64,000 nucleotides of DNA from assembly GCA_048267365.1 (NCBI GenBank), contig JBLWXR010000002.1, positions 44,240-108,239 on the forward strand, read 5' to 3'. This document shows, one piece after another, positions 56,490 through 64,000 of this stretch. Under the pieces are notes generated by a model. The model was given only the letters and a program-made list of their open reading frames with translations, was not told where the DNA came from and ran no database searches. Position numbers and translations under genes: made by a program. This DNA comes from Roseimaritima sp. (GTDB lineage Bacteria; Planctomycetota; Planctomycetia; Pirellulales; Pirellulaceae). Numbering within the stretch: position 1 is the stretch's first letter; every line of letters begins with the position of its first letter.

Positions 56490-57710
56490 ATGCGACTCTC
56501 TCCGTCTCACAGCCGCCCACCGTCCAGCCGCGCACCGTCCAGCCGCCCACCGTCCAGCCGCGCACCGTCCAGCCGCGCGCTGACCGCCGACCTGACCGGC
56601 ACCGTAGGCCGTTGGCTGCGCACGCTGCATCAAATCGAAGTCGGCCCCAGTCGCAAACCCGGCGAAGGCATCCGCATCCCGGCATCGGGTTTGGCGCAAC
56701 TGATGCGGTTGCTGCTGATGCTGTTGGAGAACGGCTTGTCGATGCCACGCGCCCTGGCCGCTTTGGCAGCCGATCGCTCGATGCGCCGCTACCGGCCCGC
56801 ACTGCTGCGGATGCAAGCGGCTGTCGAAGCCGGCAGTACGCTCAGCACCGCCATGGCTCGGATGCCGCGAACCTTCTCCAAAATGCAAACCCAACAGATC
56901 GCCATCGGGGAACAATCGGGTTCTTTGGAACACGCTCTGACACGCGTCTGCGAACAGCTCGAACGCAGCGTGCAAATGCGAAAGCGGATCATCAAAAAAA
57001 TCAGCTATCCAGCCCTGATCCTGTTGGCCGGGATGGGACTGGTGATTTTTATGGTGGTCGAAGTGGTGCCCGAATTCGAAGACATTTTTAACAGTAGCAA
57101 CGTCAAGCTGCCCACCGTGACGCGAGTGGTGACGCGGATCAGCAAATGGACGTTGGTCTACGGTTGGACGGTGCCGTTGCTGGGCGGGCTCGCGTTGGCC
57201 GCCCTCTGGCTGGCTCGTTCACGAGCTCGGTTCGCTCAAGCGATGGACAATGTCCTGCTGTATGTGCCGCTGCTGGGCCCTTGGTTGCGGGATATCGCCG
57301 TGCTGCAATTTGCCGAAACCACGTTGTCGATGGTGGAGTGCGGGTTTGTGCCGGTTGACGCAGTGCAAATGTCAGCGGGCTGTGTTCGCAATCGGGCGGT
57401 ACGAGCCGCCGTGCAAAGCATCAGCAAGGCGGTCAGTCGAGGCGAAAAACTGAGTACGGAACTGGCTCGGCACGGTCGCTTCTTTCCCTCTACGCTTTGC
57501 CAGTTGGTCAGCATCGGAGAACAATCGGGTGACTTCCCCAAAGCCATGCGAGGCACTTGCGTGCACCTGCGTGAACGACTGGAAACTCGCATGGATGCCA
57601 CCATCGGATTGATCGAACCCATCCTGACGATCTCGTTGGCCGTGGTTATCGGCGCGGTGGTGCTGTCGATCTATATGCCGATGTTCCACATGTTCGAAGT
57701 TCTGGAGTAA
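56490..57710 (+). CDS. type II secretion / type IV pilus platform protein (GspF/PilC family)
   Basis: 406 aa with two T2SSF repeats and three TM segments. The N-terminal PPSSRAPSSR repeats arise from a 15-bp x4 tandem repeat. Confidence 0.85.
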   Translation: MRLSPSHSRPPSSRAPSSRPPSSRAPSSRALTADLTGTVGRWLRTLHQIEVGPSRKPGEGIRIPASGLAQLMRLLLMLLENGLSMPRALAALAADRSMRRYRPALLRMQAAVEAGSTLSTAMARMPRTFSKMQTQQIAIGEQSGSLEHALTRVCEQLERSVQMRKRIIKKISYPALILLAGMGLVIFMVVEVVPEFEDIFNSSNVKLPTVTRVVTRISKWTLVYGWTVPLLGGLALAALWLARSRARFAQAMDNVLLYVPLLGPWLRDIAVLQFAETTLSMVECGFVPVDAVQMSAGCVRNRAVRAAVQSISKAVSRGEKLSTELARHGRFFPSTLCQLVSIGEQSGDFPKAMRGTCVHLRERLETRMDATIGLIEPILTISLAVVIGAVVLSIYMPMFHMFEVLE

Positions 57711-57718
57711 CGGTCCTG

Positions 57719-58162
57719 ATGCGAAATCCCCACCCCACACCGTGCGTCGTCGCCGGCTGTGCTGCCTCGCCTGTGAATCGTTGCCGTGTAGCCTTGAAGC
57801 GATTCGCAGCTGACTGCGGGCGACGAAAGCCTGGACTCCGGCGGCGGGGACTTACGTTGCTGGAAGTTATTCTGGCGGTGGTCATTGCGGCCACGGTCGC
57901 AGCCATGGGGCTGCACTTCATGCGGCCTACCGGCGTACACTCGCGACAGCAATCCTGCGACCTGACGCGTCAAACCGTACAGCTGGAAGCCGGTCGCTAC
58001 CGCGATGCAAACGGCGTTTGGCCGAGCAGCGATTTAAGACAGCTGAACGACTCGGCCTATTTTCCCAACGGTGTCCCCAGTTGTCCGGCGCAGGGCGGAG
58101 CCTATCGGCTGACAGGCTCGCAAGTTGTCTGCCCGGTTCACGAAGCGACCCGCCACCCCTAA
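57719..58162 (+). CDS. prepilin-type N-terminal cleavage/methylation domain protein (pilin or pseudopilin)
   Basis: Class III signal ...RRRG|LTLLEVILAVVIAATVAAMGL with Glu at +5. The mature part is about 100 aa with 4 Cys. The annotated leader is long (42 aa), so the real start may be further downstream. Confidence 0.8.
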   Translation: MRNPHPTPCVVAGCAASPVNRCRVALKRFAADCGRRKPGLRRRGLTLLEVILAVVIAATVAAMGLHFMRPTGVHSRQQSCDLTRQTVQLEAGRYRDANGVWPSSDLRQLNDSAYFPNGVPSCPAQGGAYRLTGSQVVCPVHEATRHP

Positions 58163-58641
58163 TCGTGCAGCCCGAACTCGGTGGCTTCGCCCAGTAGCGC
58201 CGCGACTTTTTCCTTGTCGATGTTCGCAGCCGCTTCGAAGCCGGTTTTGGACAGCGAGAAATCGCGATGCAAGTGGTGCAGGATCAAGCCGTTGCGGCAC
58301 AGCTGACAAAAGCCATCAAAAAATCGCACCGTGACCTGCGGGTCTTCGCGATTGCGAAACGCGATCGTGCGGTGTTCGTCGAGCTCGACATAGATCGCTA
58401 GCAAACGCGCGGGGGCTTCGAAAGCCGTTCGCACGCCGCGGACTTCGATCACACCGCGATCTTTCGCCGCGTACAAAATCGCTTCCGCTTCGCCCGACAA
58501 CTCGCCAACTTCCGTCGGTGGATCGACCACCACCCGTGCACACACCGCCGCGAGGGCCGCCAGTGTGGGAGCGCCTTCGCCCAACGCCTCCCAGCTGCTC
58601 TGTAGTTGCCCGTGGAATTCGCTGGATTCGGGAAGCAGCAT
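58159..58641 (-). CDS. hypothetical protein
   Basis: 160-aa ORF, convergent with the pilin gene and overlapping it by 4 nt. No family recognised. Confidence 0.45.
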   Translation of the reverse strand: MLLPESSEFHGQLQSSWEALGEGAPTLAALAAVCARVVVDPPTEVGELSGEAEAILYAAKDRGVIEVRGVRTAFEAPARLLAIYVELDEHRTIAFRNREDPQVTVRFFDGFCQLCRNGLILHHLHRDFSLSKTGFEAAANIDKEKVAALLGEATEFGLHD

Positions 58642-58741
58642 TCACAACACCTTTGATTCAAGCTTGACGGCCATCCGGGATCCCAGGTATAGCCGTATTT
58701 CAACGTAACACTATTTTCCCCCCATTGTATCCGTACCCGTT

Positions 58742-59920
58742 ATGACACGACAGTTGTTCTTTTCGGTAGGCGAACCCAGCGGCGACCAGCACTGCGCGCG
58801 GTTGATCCAAGCGCTCCGTCGTCAACATACGGGTTTGCAGCTGCGCGGCTTTGGGGGCCCGGAAATGCGCCGGGCGGGTTGCCAACTGGACTACGACCTC
58901 ACCCAGATGGCGGTCATGGGACTGGTCGAAGTGGTGCCCAAATTGCGGGACTTCTTTCGTTTGGCCGACCAAGCCGAACAGGTGTTTGCATCCGGTTCCG
59001 TCGATGCCGTGCTGCTGGCCGACTTTCCGGGTTTTAATTGGCACATCGCCAAACGAGCCAAAAAATATAACTTGCCGGTGTACTACTACCTGCCGCCCCA
59101 ACTGTGGGCCTGGGCTCCTTGGCGGATCCGCAAGCTGCGGCGTTCGGTCGACAAGGTCCTGTCCGTGCTGCCGTTCGAATGCGAATGGTATCAACAGCGA
59201 GGCGTGGACGCGGAATACGTGGGGCATCCGTTTTTTGATGCTATCGCCGATCAGCAACTGGACGCGGCCGTCATCGACTCCTTGGCAGCACAAAAGCAAG
59301 CGGGCAATCGCTTGGTGGCCGTCTTGCCCGGATCGCGGCAACACGAAGTCACTCGCAATTGGCCGGTGATGCTGGAAGCGATCCGTCGGCTGTCCAAGCA
59401 ACATCCCGACGTCCGCTTTTTGGTCGCGGCTTTTAAAGACAAACAATGCCTATGGTGTCGCAATCAATTGCGCGCCGAAGACCGGCAGCTACCGATCGAC
59501 TTTTTCGTGGGCAAGTCCAGCGAGATCATCGAGATGTCCGAATGCGGCATGATGGTATCCGGTTCGGTCAGTCTGGAGATGATGGCCCGCGGTACACCGG
59601 CAGCGGTGATCTACCGTGTCGGACGCGTGTTCTACGGAGTCGGACGGATGATGATCCGCGTCTCCAGCATGACGCTGCCCAATTTGATCGCCGGCGAAAC
59701 AATTTTTCCCGAGTACGGTTCCTGCGGCTCGCCCGAGCCCGCGGTGCAGTTCCTCTGCCAACACGTCGACTCGATGCTCAGCGACACGCTGTACCGCCAA
59801 CGCTTAGACTTGCAACTGAGCCGGCTTCGCGCGGATGTCGCCCAGCCGGGTGCCTCGCAGCAGGCTGCCACAACGCTGCTGAACGCCATGGGGCTCAGCC
59901 GCCAAACTGCAGCCGCCTAA
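58742..59920 (+). CDS. lpxB: lipid-A-disaccharide synthase
   Basis: 392 aa: LFFSVGEPSGDQHCARLIQAL, DFPGFN and LPGSR, typical of LpxB (GT19). Confidence 0.85.
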   Translation: MTRQLFFSVGEPSGDQHCARLIQALRRQHTGLQLRGFGGPEMRRAGCQLDYDLTQMAVMGLVEVVPKLRDFFRLADQAEQVFASGSVDAVLLADFPGFNWHIAKRAKKYNLPVYYYLPPQLWAWAPWRIRKLRRSVDKVLSVLPFECEWYQQRGVDAEYVGHPFFDAIADQQLDAAVIDSLAAQKQAGNRLVAVLPGSRQHEVTRNWPVMLEAIRRLSKQHPDVRFLVAAFKDKQCLWCRNQLRAEDRQLPIDFFVGKSSEIIEMSECGMMVSGSVSLEMMARGTPAAVIYRVGRVFYGVGRMMIRVSSMTLPNLIAGETIFPEYGSCGSPEPAVQFLCQHVDSMLSDTLYRQRLDLQLSRLRADVAQPGASQQAATTLLNAMGLSRQTAAA

Positions 59921-59955
59921 GCAGCTCTGGCGTTCCAACCTGCCCGGAAGCCGGC

Positions 59956-60035
59956 GTAGCCGAACTCGCCAGAGCTTGGACGTCTTCGCATTTCCAAAGC
60001 CCTTCGCATTTCCAAACTCTGGCGAGTTCGGCTAC
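59956..60035. repeat. Repeat family A, copy 3 (80 bp, with an internal 18-bp-period duplication)
   Basis: gtagccgaactcgccagag ... ctctggcgagttcggctac are perfect 19-bp arms. The loop contains cttcgcatttccaaa twice. It lies between convergent genes. Confidence 0.9.
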
Positions 60036-60056
60036 GGGGCGGTCAGCCTGGAAAGG

Positions 60057-61718
60057 CTAACGTACTTTGGCGGTTGCCGTGGCTGCGGCCAGTTGCTGGT
60101 CCCATAGCTGGACCAACCGCTGCAGCTGGTCGGGATGCGTTGCCGACAAGTCGCGGGACTCGGCGCGATCCTTAGACAAATCGTACAGCTCCCAAGAACC
60201 ATCCTTGGCCGCCACTGCCTTCCAGTCCCCCACGCGGATGGCTTTGTGCCCATCGTGGAACCACCACAGCCAATCGCGCTGCAGCGGGGCGTCTTGCCGG
60301 AGCACCGAAACCAAGCTTTTTCCGGGGAAGGGCGGGGCGGCAGGATCCGGATTCGCTGGCGGCGTTTCCCCACCGGCCAATTCGATAATTGTCGGCAACA
60401 TATCGATCACATGCCCCACCTGTCGGCGAAAGCCACCGCCCTGGCGAATCCCTTGCGGCCAGCAGGCGATCAACGGTGTGGAGATGCCGCCTTCGTGCGT
60501 CCATGTTTTATGGCGTCGAAAAGGTGTGTTGCCGGTCGTCGACCATCCGGGCCCCAAGCACAGATAGGTGGCGGCCGATCCCGGTGCCGCGCTGGCATCG
60601 TGTCCATCATCGCGGACCATGATTTCGGCGCTGCTGCCATTGTCGGACAAGAACAGCACCAGTGTATTGTCCATCTGGTCCATCGCTCTCAGCTGATCCA
60701 AGACATCGCCGATCACTTGGTCCATGCGATCGATCATGGCAGCATGGATGGCCATTTTGTCGGCCTGAAACCGTTGTTGCTCCGCCGTCAACGTCTCCCA
60801 CGGCACAGGCCGGTTGACCTCACCGGGCCCCAGCATTTCGAGGTGATCGGGAAAGGCATAAGGCGGCCCCAGGTCGCGTTCGACTTCCGACAGCTCTCCA
60901 TCCAATAATCCCAAGCGTTTCATCTTTTCCCACCGCGTCTGCCGAATCTTCTGCCAGCCTTGTTGATATACCGATTGGTATTTCTCGATGTCTTGCGGCA
61001 AGGCGTGCAGAGGGAAATGAGGAGCGGTGAAAGCCAGGTAGTGGAAGAATGGTTGGTCCGCGTACTCCGCTTGGTGTTCTTGAAGACATGTAATGGCGTG
61101 CTGACCAATCGCCTCGGTCGCATAGTAGCCAGCGTCTTTCTCCACCGGCGGCAAACGTTGATCATCCCGCCAATGCACTTTGGGATTAAAAAAACGTCCC
61201 TGATCTTGCAACAAATAAGAACGGTCGAATCCGTTTTCAATGGGCATACCATCGATGTGCCATTTGCCGCTGTGATACGATCGATAGCCCAGCGGTTTCA
61301 GCTGGACCGGCAACAACGTGGCCCAATCCGGACGCACACCCCGGCCTCCGCTGCGAACGCCTGGCACCGTGTCACGACGAACGGTTTGAGCATAGTGGCC
61401 CGTCAGCAGCGCCGCCCGCGTCGGCCAACACCTGGCCGTGTTGTAGAACTGCGTGAACCGCAGCCCTTGCTCCGCCAAGCGATCCAGATTTGGCGTATCG
61501 ATCTCGCTGCCATAGCAGCCCAAATCCGAATACCCCAAGTCATCAGCCAAGATCAACAGCACATTGGGGCGAGCCGGCGATTCGGCATTTCCGGACACCG
61601 GATTCACAACTTGCACCACGACCGTTAATAACGTGCAAAAGCCCAGTGCCAGCCGGCGGGATCTGCCAACGGGCGAGGTGACAAGCAGCGAATACATGGC
61701 AATCAGAATCCTAGGCAT
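60057..61718 (-). CDS. arylsulfatase (formylglycine-dependent sulfatase family)
   Basis: 553 aa with a signal peptide, LLILADDLGYSDLGCYGSEIDTPNLDRLA, and the CxPxR motif in TARCWPTRAALLTGHY. Confidence 0.9.
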   Translation of the reverse strand: MPRILIAMYSLLVTSPVGRSRRLALGFCTLLTVVVQVVNPVSGNAESPARPNVLLILADDLGYSDLGCYGSEIDTPNLDRLAEQGLRFTQFYNTARCWPTRAALLTGHYAQTVRRDTVPGVRSGGRGVRPDWATLLPVQLKPLGYRSYHSGKWHIDGMPIENGFDRSYLLQDQGRFFNPKVHWRDDQRLPPVEKDAGYYATEAIGQHAITCLQEHQAEYADQPFFHYLAFTAPHFPLHALPQDIEKYQSVYQQGWQKIRQTRWEKMKRLGLLDGELSEVERDLGPPYAFPDHLEMLGPGEVNRPVPWETLTAEQQRFQADKMAIHAAMIDRMDQVIGDVLDQLRAMDQMDNTLVLFLSDNGSSAEIMVRDDGHDASAAPGSAATYLCLGPGWSTTGNTPFRRHKTWTHEGGISTPLIACWPQGIRQGGGFRRQVGHVIDMLPTIIELAGGETPPANPDPAAPPFPGKSLVSVLRQDAPLQRDWLWWFHDGHKAIRVGDWKAVAAKDGSWELYDLSKDRAESRDLSATHPDQLQRLVQLWDQQLAAATATAKVR

Positions 61719-61992
61719 CGAGAATACGTCAGGCGGATACGCGAGTACCGCTGGAAAACGCGGCAGCGTGCCGTGGAAACAGTGTCCTCCGAGCCATGGC
61801 GCAAGTCAAACCTTGGCGTCCCGGCCAGTCCCTAGCCGCCGTGCCCGGCGGAAAAATAATCTTCCTAAAAAAACCAAAATTTGATGACCAGATCAGCAGC
61901 TCTTCGGCGCACGCTATTGTGTACCGACAAGCTGCAACGCCGCCCTCCCACCGGTCGTTAAGCCAGCAGGAACGCCCGCTTACTTTACCCCC

Positions 61993-64000
61993 ATGCTCAT
62001 TCGCTCTTTACAGAGTCCCGCACCGATGCTCCCACACGCAGCGTCTGCCGAGCCGACCACAGCCGAGCCGACCACAGCCGAGCAAACTTCCGCTGCGCTG
62101 TTGCGGGAGGTCCAGGAATCGTTGCAGGCGCTCGCCGAACTGGAACCGCACGGCGAGCAACTGGGCGAGCCGACGATACAACGCATGCGAGACACGGTCG
62201 CTGAAATTCGCCAGCGGTTGGCGCGTGAGGAGGTGTTTGTCTGCGTGGTGGGAGAGCAAAAGGCAGGCAAAAGTACGTTCCTGAACGCGATTCTTGGCAT
62301 GCCGTTGCTGGGCACCGCCGTGCGTGAGTGCACCGGCACGGTGACCTATATCCGTCCTGCCAGTCGCCCCGGCTATCGCGCCCGCTTGCAGTCCGGCCAG
62401 TGGGAGGACTTTGCCGAAAAATTTCCCGATCAACAGGAGGCCTTCACCGCCAAGTTGCATGAACTAGACCAGAAACTGCAGCATTGCGATCACGTCGAAG
62501 CCACCTACCCAAGCAAACGTGACCAGCTGACCCAGCGACTGCAGCACTTGCAAAGGACGCTGCAAACCCAAAGCCAAGATCTAGAACGCACCGACCGCAA
62601 CGCCAGGGAACAGGAGGCGTGGCTTGCCCAAATAACTGACGAGACAAGAACGCTGGGCAGCAAGTTAAAAGAGACGGAAAAGGACGTGCCCTGGCGGTAC
62701 CGTCGAGCTACCGGTTGGCAGGCTGCCGGACACCGCATGGGACGGTTTTTGATCCGACGCACATCGGAACCCCACTGGGAGGCGTACCTCGCTGACACGG
62801 CCCGCTGGGAACAACAACAAACCGAAATTGCCAGACTTGCAGCCGACCTACAGACTGCTCGACAGTTGGCTCAGGAAAGCCGGTTGGCGGTGGACCATAC
62901 GCAACAGGAAATCGAAACCACCAAACAACAACTCGCTGAAGTCTGCCAAACTCTGGACGCCCTGCCCGCACTGCGTGCCCACAGTCAACAAGCTCGAGCC
63001 GAACAGGGCAGGGCGTTGCGTGAGTATAGCGAGCAGCGTTTCGAGCAATTCCGTGAAGCGGTCAAACCGTTGACGGACATGAACCACCGCGGGTCCGAGG
63101 TGCAAGAACTGCACTTGTTCGTCCCCACCCAACGCTTGCCCGCCGGCATGGTCTTGATCGATACCCCGGGTGTAAACACAACCACCGAAGAAAACCAACA
63201 ACGGGCCTGGAAAGCCATCCAAGATCACGCCGACGCCTGCCTATTGATTTCCGACCTGACACAAACGGTCAGTGAGTCGACCCGTGAATTCGTTCGACGG
63301 ATTCGTCGCGTCACCCCCCATCTGTTGTTGGTGCTCACCAAGCGGGATGTGGTGCTTCGCAACGCGATGCTGTCCGGCGGGGACGCGGAGGAAGAACTTG
63401 CCGAAGCGATTCAGGTCGGCCGCTCGCGGTTTGCCGCGGAAGTTGGACGTGCCGAAGAAGAAGTGCTGACCTTTGCCGTCGCCGCGCAACCGGCCCTGCA
63501 GGAAAGCCTGTCCCCGCCCCACACGGGCCCTGCCTCGGCGGCCTTCAACGAAGAGTTGTCGCGTATCTATGCCGTGGTGGGGGCGGAACGTTCGATTGCG
63601 ATTACCGCCAAATCGGCCAGCCTGCTGCGCAACGTTCACCACGATTCCGCGGCCAAAATTTCCGCGGCGGACCAAGCCTATCAGCAGCGGATCGAAACGC
63701 TGATGCAACAACGTGTGGACAATCCCGTCGCGTTGGTCAATCAACGCATTACGGACCTGGTCCCCCAGATTCGCCAAACAGGCGAGGAAATATCGAAACT
63801 GGTGCGCGAGCAGCTTCGCGACAAACTGACGGCTCTCCGCGAGGTGACTGTTCAACAGGTGGAAGCCGCCACGGATCTCATGCAATTGTCGAAAGCCGTC
63901 AAAGAATTTCAGGAGTCCGTGCCGACCAAGCTGCAGCATATCTCGATCGAATGCCGGCAACAGGTCGATGCGCAGTTTGCGGATTCCCTGGCAGACTTGG
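61993..64000 (+). CDS. dynamin-family GTPase (bacterial dynamin-like protein) with a large coiled-coil insertion in the G domain; partial, continues past the window end
   Basis: Own codon-by-codon translation from ATG 61993; I found no stop through 63360, the supplied track lists no complete plus-strand ORF in this frame after that, and the reading frame appears open to 64000. G1 is VVGEQKAGKSTFLNAILG (62251-). G2 region TGTVTY. G3 LIDTPG (63160-63171). G4 LTKRD (63337-63348). It is absent from the supplied track because no stop lies within the window. Confidence 0.75.
   Translation, partial: MLIRSLQSPAPMLPHAASAEPTTAEPTTAEQTSAALLREVQESLQALAELEPHGEQLGEPTIQRMRDTVAEIRQRLAREEVFVCVVGEQKAGKSTFLNAILGMPLLGTAVRECTGTVTYIRPASRPGYRARLQSGQWEDFAEKFPDQQEAFTAKLHELDQKLQHCDHVEATYPSKRDQLTQRLQHLQRTLQTQSQDLERTDRNAREQEAWLAQITDETRTLGSKLKETEKDVPWRYRRATGWQAAGHRMGRFLIRRTSEPHWEAYLADTARWEQQQTEIARLAADLQTARQLAQESRLAVDHTQQEIETTKQQLAEVCQTLDALPALRAHSQQARAEQGRALREYSEQRFEQFREAVKPLTDMNHRGSEVQELHLFVPTQRLPAGMVLIDTPGVNTTTEENQQRAWKAIQDHADACLLISDLTQTVSESTREFVRRIRRVTPHLLLVLTKRDVVLRNAMLSGGDAEEELAEAIQVGRSRFAAEVGRAEEEVLTFAVAAQPALQESLSPPHTGPASAAFNEELSRIYAVVGAERSIAITAKSASLLRNVHHDSAAKISAADQAYQQRIETLMQQRVDNPVALVNQRITDLVPQIRQTGEEISKLVREQLRDKLTALREVTVQQVEAATDLMQLSKAVKEFQESVPTKLQHISIECRQQVDAQFADSLADL

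Noticed and set aside
63241-63960. 239-aa minus-strand ORF, plus 62008-62460 and 62848-63228 (-)
   Set aside because: They are antisense to the open plus-strand frame, which contains ordered G1, G3 and G4 GTPase motifs.

Overview
This is a high-GC (roughly 58-60% by eye) bacterial chromosomal segment. I call about 54 protein-coding genes. I recognised no rRNA, tRNA, CRISPR array, transposase, integrase or phage genes. Several features suggest Planctomycetota (Pirellulales-like), but this is an inference and no search was run. They are a CxPxR sulfatase, a dockerin-tailed secreted hydrolase with an N-terminal ESRCLLAG motif, a giant membrane kinase-like protein, paired TatA genes, many secreted alpha/beta hydrolases and G-rich or palindromic intergenic repeats. 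Housekeeping genes recognised from motifs are glgA plus a GalT-like gene plus GH57 (a glycogen cluster), CBS-type family II pyrophosphatase, Sua5/TsaC, folC, two tatA-like genes, ftsY, lpxB, 7Fe ferredoxin and two ECF sigma factors. Most worth a second look: (1) a dynamin-like GTPase at the right edge whose G domain is split by a coiled-coil insertion of about 200 aa. (2) An operon of a transmembrane pseudokinase with a tandem-FHA protein. (3) A minimal pilus/T2SS-like module (pseudo-receiver, GspE/PilB-like ATPase, PilC-like platform, one prepilin). (4) An ECF sigma operon with no canonical anti-sigma factor. (5) Three families of interspersed nested-palindrome repeats, plus a 337-bp element bounded by terminal inverted repeats. 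(6) A recurrent signature of near-perfect 15-bp tandem duplications inside genes, and a 13-bp duplication that frameshifts one gene. All functional calls rest on motifs read from the supplied translations or my own translation. No database search was possible.
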